A stretch of DNA of 64,000 nucleotides from an uncultured cyanobacterium (GCA_963803805.1 CAWDOD010000002.1:1024001-1088000); one strand, 5' to 3'; numbered from the stretch's first letter, positions 1 to 9,464 are shown. Made by a program: numbers and translations. Notes: a model not told the origin generated them from the letters alone.

Positions 1-653
1 AGCAGGGTAGCAGAAGTTATTTGGTGCAATGGGCGACAGGAGAACAGGTAGCCATCAAAGAAATTAACGTTGCTGGTTCTCAATATATGAATGTTACCCC
101 CGCAGCCCTTAACTCGCCAGGCGGTCAATTTACGGGACTTTTGGGTAATTTGGATGGCGATCCTGGTAACGATTTGCGGACTCGTAGTGGTAGCGTCATC
201 CCTTCTAAATCTACCTACGGAGACATCAAAAACTTGGTTAACCGTATTGTTCCCATTCCCGGTGCAATTGGTCAAATTGAAAACGTTGTTTTTGACCAAC
301 TCTACAAAGACTTTGGTAATAGCTGGCGAGTCTCTCAAGAAGAGTCCCTGTTTGACTATGCACCAGGACAAACCACAGCCACATTCACCGACACAAGCTT
401 CCCTAGTCAGTACCGTACTTTGAACGCCCTCTCACCGCAGCAGGTAGAGCAAGCGGAGGCAACGTGTTTAGAAGCAGGGGTAGAACCAGATTTACTAGAA
501 GGTTGCATCTTTGATGTTGGTTTTACCGGGGAAGCCAGTTTTGCTCAAGCTGCGGCGAATGCCTTTAGTGTTATTGAGCAATTCGACAGGTTAATTCCTG
601 GTGGTCTTCCTATTCCTAAACCACCTATTCGTATCCCTGGTTTGCCTTTCTAA
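1..653 (+). CDS. C-terminal part of a VWD-domain-like (von Willebrand type D) extracellular protein; probably begins upstream of the window
   Basis: Motifs GLLGNLDGDPGNDL, FGNSWRV..SLFDY and C...L..GCIFDV..TG..FA match the VWD C-terminal region and following Cys module. The ORF-track start at 21 is a TTG near the window edge. Confidence 0.6.
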   Translation, partial: QGSRSYLVQWATGEQVAIKEINVAGSQYMNVTPAALNSPGGQFTGLLGNLDGDPGNDLRTRSGSVIPSKSTYGDIKNLVNRIVPIPGAIGQIENVVFDQLYKDFGNSWRVSQEESLFDYAPGQTTATFTDTSFPSQYRTLNALSPQQVEQAEATCLEAGVEPDLLEGCIFDVGFTGEASFAQAAANAFSVIEQFDRLIPGGLPIPKPPIRIPGLPF

Positions 654-673
654 AAAAGTGTATCTACCGAAAT

Positions 674-704
674 AGTAGTAGCAACTAATTGAGTTGCTAC
701 TACT
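674..704 (+). terminator. 13-bp perfect inverted repeat, probable terminator or mRNA-stabilising hairpin
   Basis: AGTAGTAGCAACT-aattg-AGTTGCTACTACT just downstream of the stop at 653; no clear U-tract. Confidence 0.55.
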
Positions 705-748
705 GACTCCGATTAATTATTATTTCAACTTGTTTCAAAACTAGAAAA

Positions 749-1222
749 ATGAACAATCATAATCTTGCTTTTTTAGGTCTAGGTATTGGCGCTGTAACAA
801 TTGGTGGAATTGTATATGCCAATTTGAATGGTGAACTTAAAGATACTAAAGCTCAACTCGAAAGCGTAGAAAAGGAGAGAAATAGCCTTCTTAATCAAGT
901 AGAGGAAAAAGATAATGACATTGACAATCTTGATGAAATAATTAAAGGAAATAGTAAAGATTTAGAGACACAGCTAGAAGAAGTTAGACGTTGGAAACAA
1001 CAAACTGAAATAGTAGGAACTTGCTTACAAGGAGTCGCTGAAGCAATGAGTTATGTATCAGAAGATGATGCAGGCAGTTTTCTAATCACTCTTGGGCGAG
1101 TTGAGGATGAATGTAACCAAGCTGAAGAGATTTTAGAAGAAATGGAAAAAGAGCAAAGTAGTACTTTTTCTGAAGGAGCATCTTCTATCAGCACAACAGA
1201 GCCGCCTGCACAATTTTTTTGA
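749..1222 (+). CDS. Hypothetical membrane-anchored coiled-coil protein
   Basis: N-terminal hydrophobic helix (LAFLGLGIGAVTIGGIVY), then an E/K-rich heptad region and a Cys pair; 157 aa. Confidence 0.65.
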   Translation: MNNHNLAFLGLGIGAVTIGGIVYANLNGELKDTKAQLESVEKERNSLLNQVEEKDNDIDNLDEIIKGNSKDLETQLEEVRRWKQQTEIVGTCLQGVAEAMSYVSEDDAGSFLITLGRVEDECNQAEEILEEMEKEQSSTFSEGASSISTTEPPAQFF

Positions 1223-1291
1223 GAGTAAACCAAGACAAAAGTTTTTCTGATTTAATCTTCAGCTTTTTACAAATACCAAGGAGTAATAAAT

Positions 1292-1774
1292 ATGGACTAC
1301 GACGACTACCAAAGTTCGCCCGAAATATACCAAGAATATCTCTTTGAAAAAGCTATAGAAGATTTGCCAGAGAGGGAAAAAAGAGCTATGAAGGGTGCAA
1401 AGCTAGGAAAAGATATAGGAGAAATAATAACAGATGGTAGTCTTTGGGGGAGTGTAGTAGGAGCCGTATTAGGGTGGGGTGCTGCTGAGATTGTCAACGA
1501 AGCAATGAGTGATAATGATGGTGCAGGTTATGAAGAAACTCAGTCTGAAAGCCAAACACCAGACTCGGCAAGAGTTTGTGACACTTGCTTATGTGATGAT
1601 GAAGAGCTTGTATCTGATTGGAAAATAACTAAAAAAGGGAACTGGAAATGTAAGGAATGTGAGGAAAAGAATGATTTTGCTGAATGCAGTAAATGTGATT
1701 CTATTCACTTTAGGATTACTAAGAAAGGGAATTACAGATGTATAGCTTGTGATAAAAAACTGAAAACTGATTAG
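1292..1774 (+). CDS. Hypothetical glycine-zipper protein with tandem zinc-ribbon repeats
   Basis: AAGGAG RBS upstream; GAKLG..IG..GSVVGAVLGWG zipper; two CxxC...ITKKGNxxCxxC repeats. Confidence 0.65.
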   Translation: MDYDDYQSSPEIYQEYLFEKAIEDLPEREKRAMKGAKLGKDIGEIITDGSLWGSVVGAVLGWGAAEIVNEAMSDNDGAGYEETQSESQTPDSARVCDTCLCDDEELVSDWKITKKGNWKCKECEEKNDFAECSKCDSIHFRITKKGNYRCIACDKKLKTD

Positions 1775-1815
1775 AGTATGCCAGTTGTTTTACAAAAACT
1801 TATTTTGATTTAACT

Positions 1816-2508
1816 ATGTTGAAACTAAAACTAAGTGCAACTACGGTAGGCCTTGCCTGCGCCCTTGCTACAACCCTCTCTTCTGGGAATGCAATCGCTC
1901 AAAACGAATTCTGTCGCGGCAACGAAGTCCTAACAGCAAGCTATTGTGCTGGGGATGACTTAGAATCAGAAGAAGCTAAACTTTATGAACAAACAAGCAA
2001 TTCTCCCCAAGAAAACATTTTAATTGCTCAAAGTACTTATGATGCCGAACTCTTAGAACTAACTAATGCTCAGCGCACCCAGAATGGTATGCGAGCATTG
2101 CAATACTCTCCCCTTTTAGGACAAGCAGCCCAACTCCATGCCGAAGACATGGCCCGCAATGACTTCTTTGATCATACAGGTTCGGATGGTTCCAGCATTA
2201 GCCAACGGATCAGCCGTACTGGTTATAGTTTGATAGCCGTAGGAGAAAATATCTATTATCAAAATCCGCAAGGTAATCCTGTTGATGCAGTAGTCGGTTG
2301 GATGAATAGTCCTGGACATCGGCGTAACATTCTTGACTCTAGTTTCACTGAAGTAGGTTTTGGTTATGCAACCGACGGAAACAACCATTACTTTGTTCAA
2401 GTATTTGCTGCACCAGACAATAGACAAACACAACCCTCACAAAGCCAACAACCTCCTAGTAACCAACAGCTACCCCCTCGTTCTCATCCTATAGATTGGC
2501 TGTGGTAA
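1816..2508 (+). CDS. Secreted CAP (SCP/Tpx-1/Ag5/PR-1) domain protein
   Basis: Signal peptide; LELTNAQR, AAQLHAEDMA, FFDH, GENI, WMNSPGHRRNIL, EVGFG motifs. Confidence 0.9.
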   Translation: MLKLKLSATTVGLACALATTLSSGNAIAQNEFCRGNEVLTASYCAGDDLESEEAKLYEQTSNSPQENILIAQSTYDAELLELTNAQRTQNGMRALQYSPLLGQAAQLHAEDMARNDFFDHTGSDGSSISQRISRTGYSLIAVGENIYYQNPQGNPVDAVVGWMNSPGHRRNILDSSFTEVGFGYATDGNNHYFVQVFAAPDNRQTQPSQSQQPPSNQQLPPRSHPIDWLW

Positions 2509-2561
2509 GTATTACTAAGAGAACTCCAATAAATAAAATATCCTCACCAACTATAAGATTG

Positions 2562-2593
2562 TAGCAACTAGCAACTAGCAACTAGCAACTAGC
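2562..2593. repeat. Heptamer short tandem repeat (TAGCAAC)x4, cyanobacterial STRR-like
   Basis: Read directly; intergenic between convergent genes. Confidence 0.85.
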
Positions 2594-2663
2594 TTATCGC
2601 TTTTGGATAAGTCTTTTCTTGGCTCTCTCTAATTACCAATCTTTAACTTTTTAATTTTTAATT

Positions 2664-3788
2664 TCAACTTAACCAACCCCTCAGCCTACGGGCAACTTGA
2701 GGACGACGTAACTTACGCATGGCTTTACTTTGAATTTGACGTACCCTTTCCCTAGAAAGGTTAAACATACAACCTACTTCCTCTAAGGTATGAGGCTGGC
2801 TGGTAGATAAACCGTAGCGTAGGGAAATAACATCTTTCTCCCTTTCGGTGAGAATATCGCTCAAGACATCAGAAATTTCTTGGCGCATCATTGTCTCGCT
2901 CATTTGCTCTTCTGGCAGAGCCATGTCATTATCTTCGAGCAAATCCACAAGTTCGGTATCTTCTCCTTTACCAACCCGGTGGTTAAGGGAGAGAGATTGG
3001 CGACGCAATTGCATTAACTGGCGTAGCTGCGGTGGAGAGACTTCTAATTCTGCGGCTAATTCGTCTTCTGTGGGGTTACGCTGTAACCTTTGCTTGAGAT
3101 TGCGTTGAGCTTTTTTAAGTTTGTTAAGTTTTTCGACAATATGAATGGGTAAACGTATTGTCCGAGCATCATTAGCAATGGTGCGGGTGATAGCTTGGCG
3201 AATCCACCAATAAGCATAGGTGGAAAATTTGTATCCTTTGTTAGCATCAAACTTTTCGGCCGCCCGATTTAAACCGATGGCTCCTTCTTGAATTAAATCA
3301 AGAAAAGGCACTCCCCGATTTAAGTAGCGTTTGGCAATGGAAACTACTAATCTGAGGTTGGAGCGAATCATTTTGCGTTTTGCTACCCGCCCTTGATATA
3401 ACTGATATTCCAACTGACGTAGAGTTAAGCCTAAAGCCTCAGCTATTTCTGCTTTGGTGGGATTTCTTTCTAATTTTTCTTCTAGCTTAAATCTTTCTTC
3501 TTCTACTGCAACAACAAACTTAACACAATTAGAAAGCTGAACCTCTTCTTCGGGTTTCAGCAAGGGGTAGCGAGACATTTCTTTGAAGAATGCTCCTACT
3601 GTATCGTCTGAATCTGTTTTGCTGTATCCTGAAAAACGCTTGCTTCCTTGCTCCGATTCTGGACTGGAAAATTCGATATCAACTGTTTTCAAGTCCAACT
3701 CCAGATTTTCACCGTCAGCTTCATAGGGATTATTTGTACTAACCTGAGATGGGGAATTTTTATTAGGGTCGAGTTCAGCAATACTCAT
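2664..3788 (-). CDS. sigE: Group 2 RNA polymerase sigma factor, SigE type
   Basis: Sigma70 regions 1.2-4 (SNLRLVVSIAKRY, KFSTYAYWWIRQAITR, SRERVRQI). DTVGAFFKEM.RYPLL and SLNHRVGKGEDTEL are characteristic of cyanobacterial SigE. Confidence 0.85.
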   Translation of the reverse strand: MSIAELDPNKNSPSQVSTNNPYEADGENLELDLKTVDIEFSSPESEQGSKRFSGYSKTDSDDTVGAFFKEMSRYPLLKPEEEVQLSNCVKFVVAVEEERFKLEEKLERNPTKAEIAEALGLTLRQLEYQLYQGRVAKRKMIRSNLRLVVSIAKRYLNRGVPFLDLIQEGAIGLNRAAEKFDANKGYKFSTYAYWWIRQAITRTIANDARTIRLPIHIVEKLNKLKKAQRNLKQRLQRNPTEDELAAELEVSPPQLRQLMQLRRQSLSLNHRVGKGEDTELVDLLEDNDMALPEEQMSETMMRQEISDVLSDILTEREKDVISLRYGLSTSQPHTLEEVGCMFNLSRERVRQIQSKAMRKLRRPQVARRLRGWLS

Positions 3789-3881
3789 AACGTTTGACTT
3801 TAATAAAGAATAGGGGAGATTAATGTTTTGCTAAAAAGATGCAGGTTTATTAGTACTTAAAATATCTGGCGATTTTACTCT

Positions 3882-3924
3882 ATGGTACTCAGGCAAGAGG
3901 TGAAGATTTTGTTACGTTGACTAC
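3882..3924 (-). promoter_or_regulatory. Putative NtcA-activated promoter of sigE
   Basis: Minus strand GTA-GTCAACGT-AAC (3924-3911, one mismatch to GTA-N8-TAC), 23 nt, then -10 TACCAT (3887-3882). Same spacing as the urtA site. Confidence 0.55.
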
Positions 3925-4308
3925 CAGAATACTTTAATGATAACTTACCCAAAAAAACGGATAAACCTAATTTTTAGACCAAAGAAGAAAATTGCTGTTT
4001 AGCTTGAGGGACTAACACAGTTAATTAGCAAGCTGGTTGAAAATTGATTTCCCCCAAACTTAAATTAACTACATAAATCAAGCTAGCTTTTTTGAAGCAA
4101 GAGATTAGAAATATTTTTTTATCTCATGTTGATTGAGTCGCCGAAATAAGAAAGTGGGCTTAAAAACAGGATCTCACAAATAATTGAATTTCCTCTCTAT
4201 CAAGAGTGAGAAAAGCTAGGATTTTTTCCATTTAACCTCTAGTAAGAAGTTCTAAGCTGGGTTAATCAAGTTAATATAAAACTTATATCTTGCTGCTTAA
4301 TTTCTCCT

Positions 4309-6789
4309 ATGTCCATTTCCGTAGCAGAGCCTGGAGCTTTTTACCAAGGGCGCGATCGCTTCAAATCACAAAAGTTTATTGAAGTATTAGTAGATTGTCC
4401 TGGGGTACAAGAGTTATATACCTACAAGCTAGCTGATGATTTGGTAGTTAAACCAGGGGATATTTTAAGTGTTCCTTTCGGGGCGCAAACCATAGGAGGC
4501 ATAGCCATTCGCTCCTTCGATTATCCTCCCCCAGATATTGCTCTCCAGCGTATTCGTGAAGTAGAGGAGGTAATTAGCTCAGGATTTTTCCCTCCTTTTT
4601 ATTGGGAACTACTCCACCGCGTTGCTCAATATTACTGTACTCCTATAATTGAGGTAATTCGCGCAGCTTTGCCCCCTGGTTTACTCCGGAGTTCTCAAAG
4701 GCGCATTCGCTTACAAAAAGCGGCACTTCCTCCAGGATGGGAAGATTTTTGTAGCAACGCAGCACAAAAGATTCTGCAACTTCTCCAGTCTCAAACTAAG
4801 GGAGATTACAGCGCTTTATATCTATATCGCCAGGTTAGGGGATCACGTCAAGGGCTTAGGGAGTTAATTAAACGAGGTTGGGTAGAAAGTTATCTTGAAC
4901 CCCCCAAACCTCCTCGCCCGAAAGAACAAAAAGCAGTTACCTTAATAGCCAATTCCCTCCCCACCAAATTAACTACTAAACAAAGAGAAGTTTGGGAAAT
5001 ACTGCGGCGTAGAGGAGGAGAACTTTGGTTGCAGGAATTACTACAAATTTGCCATACCAGTTCTTCTGTGGTTGAGAATTTAGAACGTAAAGGCTGCGTT
5101 GTTATTCAAGCTAGGGAAAGATTACGTACCTTGCAAGAATTAGCTCCGGAAAGGGACAAAGAGAAAAACTTAACCCCAGAACAGTTCCTCGCTTTAACAG
5201 CCATTTCCAGCTTAGAAAATTATACCCAAATACTCCTCCACGGAGTCACAGGTTCCGGGAAAACAGAAGTATATTTGCAGGCGATCGCACCATTATTCAA
5301 AGCAGGTAAATCTGTTTTAGTTTTAGTGCCAGAAATCGGTTTAACTCCCCAATTAACAGATCGTTTTCGCGCTCGTTTTGGTAACAAAGTTTGGGTTTAT
5401 CATAGTGGGCTTAATTCAGGGGAACGCTATGACACCTGGCGTAGTTTAATTAACCAAGAAGCCCACATTGTTATTGGCACTCGTTCAGCTATTTTCGCAC
5501 CCCTAAGTAATTTGGGTTTAATTATCCTTGATGAAGAACATGATTCTAGTTATAAACAAGATAATTTTACGCCAACTTACCATGCCCGTACTGTGGCGAA
5601 ATGGCGGGCAGAATTGGCAGATTGTCCCTTAATTTTGGGTTCTGCAACTCCTTCGGTTACAACTTGGGTAGAAGTACACTCCCAGGAAGAGGAGAAAAAT
5701 TTGTACCTTTCCCTACCCAAGAGAGTGCAATCTCGCCCCTTACCCCCAGTGGAAATTGTCGATTTGCGGCGAGAACTTCACCAAGGCAACCGTTCTATTT
5801 TTAGTCGTTCCCTACAAAATGCCCTAGAAAGGTTGCAACCACGAGGAGAACAGGGCATACTCTTTATTCCTCGTCGTGGCTATAGCACCTTCGTTTCCTG
5901 TCGTAGCTGTGGTTATGTCATCGAATGTCCCCATTGTGATGTCTCCCTTTCCTATCACCACACCCACCAACAAGCGACAGAATTACTACGTTGCCATTAC
6001 TGCAACCATACCAAAGTGCAACCGAGAAGTTGTCCTGAATGCAATTCTCCTTATTTCAAACATTTTGGTACTGGTACACAAAAAGTTGCTCAAGAATTAA
6101 GTAAAAGTTTCCCTGAATTGCGTTTCATCCGCTTTGACAGCGATACAACCCGTACCAAAGGCGCACATCGCATTCTCTTAAACCGTTTTGCTAAAGGAGA
6201 AGCAGATTTATTAATTGGAACACAAATGCTTACCAAGGGCTTGGATTTAGCCCAAGTTACCTTAGTAGGAGTGGTTGCCGCAGATGGATTATTACACCAA
6301 GAAGATTACTGTGCCACCGAAAGGGCTTTCCAGAGTTTAACCCAAGTGGCAGGGAGGGCAGGCAGAGGAAGCGAACCGGGTAAAGTGATTATCCAAACCT
6401 ACTCTCCTCATCATCCGGTAATAGAAGCGGTTAAAAACCATGATTACCATAGTTTTATCACAGATGCCTTAGCCCAGCGCCAAGATTGTAATTATCCTCC
6501 CTACGGGCGTTTAATACTCCTCAAACTAAAAGGTTTGTCAGCTTCAGAGGTGGCTCAAACTGCGAATTTAATTGCTAATTCCTGTAAAGAACTTTTGACT
6601 TCAAACTACGAAATTCTTGGCCCCGCCCCAGCCAGAATTATGCGAGTTGCCCGCCGTCATCACTGGCAAATTCTCCTTAAGTTTCCTCCTGAAACAGATA
6701 TTGCTGTTTCTAAGTTGAGTCAGTTGCGTAATTTGTGTCCAAAAGGAGTTAGTTTGACGATTAATGTTGATCCTTTAAGTATGGAGTGA
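4309..6789 (+). CDS. priA: Primosomal protein N' (replication restart helicase)
   Basis: LLHGVTGSGKTEVY, DEEHD, GSATPS, CxxC zinc knuckles, QVAGRAGR, C-terminal NVDP. Confidence 0.97.
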   Translation: MSISVAEPGAFYQGRDRFKSQKFIEVLVDCPGVQELYTYKLADDLVVKPGDILSVPFGAQTIGGIAIRSFDYPPPDIALQRIREVEEVISSGFFPPFYWELLHRVAQYYCTPIIEVIRAALPPGLLRSSQRRIRLQKAALPPGWEDFCSNAAQKILQLLQSQTKGDYSALYLYRQVRGSRQGLRELIKRGWVESYLEPPKPPRPKEQKAVTLIANSLPTKLTTKQREVWEILRRRGGELWLQELLQICHTSSSVVENLERKGCVVIQARERLRTLQELAPERDKEKNLTPEQFLALTAISSLENYTQILLHGVTGSGKTEVYLQAIAPLFKAGKSVLVLVPEIGLTPQLTDRFRARFGNKVWVYHSGLNSGERYDTWRSLINQEAHIVIGTRSAIFAPLSNLGLIILDEEHDSSYKQDNFTPTYHARTVAKWRAELADCPLILGSATPSVTTWVEVHSQEEEKNLYLSLPKRVQSRPLPPVEIVDLRRELHQGNRSIFSRSLQNALERLQPRGEQGILFIPRRGYSTFVSCRSCGYVIECPHCDVSLSYHHTHQQATELLRCHYCNHTKVQPRSCPECNSPYFKHFGTGTQKVAQELSKSFPELRFIRFDSDTTRTKGAHRILLNRFAKGEADLLIGTQMLTKGLDLAQVTLVGVVAADGLLHQEDYCATERAFQSLTQVAGRAGRGSEPGKVIIQTYSPHHPVIEAVKNHDYHSFITDALAQRQDCNYPPYGRLILLKLKGLSASEVAQTANLIANSCKELLTSNYEILGPAPARIMRVARRHHWQILLKFPPETDIAVSKLSQLRNLCPKGVSLTINVDPLSME
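6759..6788 (+). repeat. 30-bp direct repeat, copy 1 (3' end of priA)
   Basis: GATTAATGTTGATCCTTTAAGTATGGAGTG, identical to 9435-9464. Confidence 0.95.
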
Positions 6790-6866
6790 TTGGTGATTGG
6801 TTATTTGCTAATGGCTAATAGCTAATGGCTACAATTCTGGACTTCAAGTAGTAAATGGATTAAATT

Positions 6867-7220
6867 ATGGACTATTTTCGAGAAGGCGTGAGAGCTTTTC
6901 AGGGTGGAGATTATCAAAAAGCCTTTCGGTTACTACAACCAATTGCAGAAACTGGCAATGCCGAAGCACAATGTGTCATCCCTAATATGTACGAGTTAGG
7001 AATGGGTAGAAATAGAGATATTGCTCAGGCAATTTATTGGTATAAAAAAGCTTCTGGAAATGGTTATGGAGTAGCTTCTAATAATTTAGGGGGAATTTTC
7101 TTGGCAGGTGACGAAGGAATTGAAGTAGATGCAGCAAAAGCCAAGCAATGGTACTCCCTCGCGAGGAAGCAAGGGTTTACTCACACACCAGCCTTAGACA
7201 AATTGTCTTCCCTTGTCTAA
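6867..7220 (+). CDS. Sel1-like repeat protein
   Basis: AETGNAEAQ..MY..G.G..RD..QA..WYKKA..G...A..NLG and KAKQWY..A.KQG Sel1 consensus. Confidence 0.88.
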   Translation: MDYFREGVRAFQGGDYQKAFRLLQPIAETGNAEAQCVIPNMYELGMGRNRDIAQAIYWYKKASGNGYGVASNNLGGIFLAGDEGIEVDAAKAKQWYSLARKQGFTHTPALDKLSSLV

Positions 7221-7389
7221 AAAATCTAACTACTAGCGACTAGCCGTTAGCAATTAGCTAATCGCTTTTAAATAAGCCTTTTCTCGGATCTTCGTTATTA
7301 GTTTTAATGGTAAAGTATTGGCAATCTCTCCAAGTTAAAATCCAAGTCAACATCTGTTCGATATTTTACTAACCATCTAAAGAGTAATC

Positions 7390-8370
7390 ATGGGAAGTTA
7401 TAAGCAGATCAAAAAGCCAACTTTTCAACCATTTCAAGTTTCACAGATTTCAAGTTTGCAAAGAAAGCATAACCTAGGACTGCCACAGCCAAAACCAAAA
7501 GGGCTAACCTTAGAAGAGATGGAAATTAGTAGGAAAAATGCCGAACGCCTGGGGGATTATATATTTGATTTTTCTTCAACCCCTCCTCCAGGAGTCCAAG
7601 CGAAGTTAAATGTAGGGGAAGTTGGGGATAAGTATGAACAAGAAGCGGATTCTGTCGCTGGTCAAGTAGTAGAAGAGATTAACTCTCCCCAAGGACAAGT
7701 TGAGCCAAATGTTATGCGCCAATGTGATGCTTGTGAGGGAGAAAAGGAGGAATCTTCAACTTCTTTGCAGCGTCAAGGAGAGATTGGGGAAGGTAAAGTT
7801 TCTGAGGGATTATTACATCACAATGAGAGGGTAGGACAAGACGGCTTTGTTTACCAAGGGGATTATGCACAAGGGTTGACCCCTATGGTGCAGCAACCTA
7901 GTAAGCAAGTACAACAAAAGCCAGCTAATAGCAAAAACTCCAAGCAAAGCGATGTAGCTCCTCACCCAGGAGGAGGGGGAGTTTTGATGATTTTCTACTT
8001 CTTCGGTGTCCTATTTAGCATTAGCCCTGCTGGCATGATTCTTGATCGTGTTTTGAGTAGTTCTCCTAAAGACAAGATTCCTAGAGTAAATGCTATATCT
8101 AGGTCTACTGCCTTCGAATGCAGTCCTAAACCACCTGATCCAAAAGCTATCAAAACCTTTAACGATCTAGTTAGTCTTCTAAGAGCAGGTAAATCAGACG
8201 CTATTCTTAACCTAATGCGTGGGCTTAGCCAAGTAGATGGGGGACAGGATGGTTTGCGAAAACTCCATGACATTTTAGGCTTTTTCACTACTTGTACGAC
8301 TATAGACGACAAACTACGAGCAGACGCAGATACTCTTTTAAATATGATAGGACCTTTTATAGGGCGTTAG
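7390..8370 (+). CDS. Putative eCIS-associated effector-like protein with degenerate DUF4157 region and unknown C-terminal domain
   Basis: VQAKLNVGEVGDKYEQEADSVA and MRQCDACE/LQRQ motifs are typical leaders of DUF4157 proteins. GQDGFVYQGDYAQGLTPMVQQ resembles a shortened G.DIFF.QG.Y...AHELTHVVQQ. Confidence 0.55.
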   Translation: MGSYKQIKKPTFQPFQVSQISSLQRKHNLGLPQPKPKGLTLEEMEISRKNAERLGDYIFDFSSTPPPGVQAKLNVGEVGDKYEQEADSVAGQVVEEINSPQGQVEPNVMRQCDACEGEKEESSTSLQRQGEIGEGKVSEGLLHHNERVGQDGFVYQGDYAQGLTPMVQQPSKQVQQKPANSKNSKQSDVAPHPGGGGVLMIFYFFGVLFSISPAGMILDRVLSSSPKDKIPRVNAISRSTAFECSPKPPDPKAIKTFNDLVSLLRAGKSDAILNLMRGLSQVDGGQDGLRKLHDILGFFTTCTTIDDKLRADADTLLNMIGPFIGR

Positions 8371-8389
8371 AAACTATAAAGTATTGAAA

Positions 8390-9367
8390 ATGAAAGACAA
8401 ACTTTTGAGTATTAGACAAAATGGAAAAAAGGGTTATATCGACACTACAGGAAACATAGTTATTCCTTGCCAGTTTGATGGAGGTTCAAGTTTCTCTGAA
8501 GGCTTGGCCGCAGTGAAGGTTGAGGGCAATTATGGTTACATCAACACAAAAGGAGAATGGGCTATTCCTGCCCAATTTGGAAAAACAGTAGGTTTTAGTG
8601 AAGGATTAGCTCTAGTTGCCGTTGGTGATAAATATGGCTACATCAACCAGCAAGGAGAGCTAGTTATACCACCACAATTTGCCTATGAAGATAGTGTACT
8701 CTCTGGCATAGAAGATAATAGATTTTGTCAAGGAAGAGCTTTAGTTAAAGTCAATGATAAGTATGGCTATATTGACTATGAAGGTAACTTAGCTATTCCA
8801 GCACAATTCGATGATGTCTCTTCTTTTTCTGAAAGTTTAGCTGCTGTTAGAAAAGGAGAAAAAGTTGGCTATATAGATAAAAGTGGGCAAGTGGTTATTC
8901 CTTACCAATTTGATAACCCTGGAGTTATCAGCACCATAATAGAACATATTGGTTATAGTTTTCATGAAGGATTGGCTAAGGTAGTCATTGACGGTAAGTC
9001 AGGCTATATCAACCCTCAAGGGGAAATAGTTATAGAACCACAATTTGATGGCTCTTTAGCCTTTTATGAAGGGTTAGCAGGAGTTCAAGTTAGAGATAAA
9101 TATGGTTTTATCGACAGAACAGGGAAAATAGTTATAGAACCAAAATTTGACTCAGTTGCCTATTTTTCAGAAGGATTAGCAGGTGTAAGTACAGGTAAGT
9201 ATAGACGTAAATGTAGTGGCTACATTGATAAAACAGGGGAGATGGTTATACCTGCAAAATTTGATATAGCAGTAGGCTTCAAGTCTGGAGTAGCATCGGT
9301 GTGGATTGATTCAAAGGATGGATATATTAACAAGAAAGGTGAATATATTTGGGAACCAACGAATTGA
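8390..9367 (+). CDS. WG (KWG) repeat protein
   Basis: About eight repeats of F.EGLA.V....K.GYI...G..VI..QFD. Confidence 0.92.
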   Translation: MKDKLLSIRQNGKKGYIDTTGNIVIPCQFDGGSSFSEGLAAVKVEGNYGYINTKGEWAIPAQFGKTVGFSEGLALVAVGDKYGYINQQGELVIPPQFAYEDSVLSGIEDNRFCQGRALVKVNDKYGYIDYEGNLAIPAQFDDVSSFSESLAAVRKGEKVGYIDKSGQVVIPYQFDNPGVISTIIEHIGYSFHEGLAKVVIDGKSGYINPQGEIVIEPQFDGSLAFYEGLAGVQVRDKYGFIDRTGKIVIEPKFDSVAYFSEGLAGVSTGKYRRKCSGYIDKTGEMVIPAKFDIAVGFKSGVASVWIDSKDGYINKKGEYIWEPTN

Positions 9368-9434
9368 AATAAGCTAAATGTTAAGCACATCAGCAATATT
9401 AGAAATCAAATTCGCTTCTGAACAAGTCTGAGAT

Positions 9435-9464
9435 GATTAATGTTGATCCTTTAAGTATGGAGTG
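9435..9464 (+). repeat. 30-bp direct repeat, copy 2 (overlaps the desulfurase stop codon)
   Basis: Identical to 6759-6788. Confidence 0.95.
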
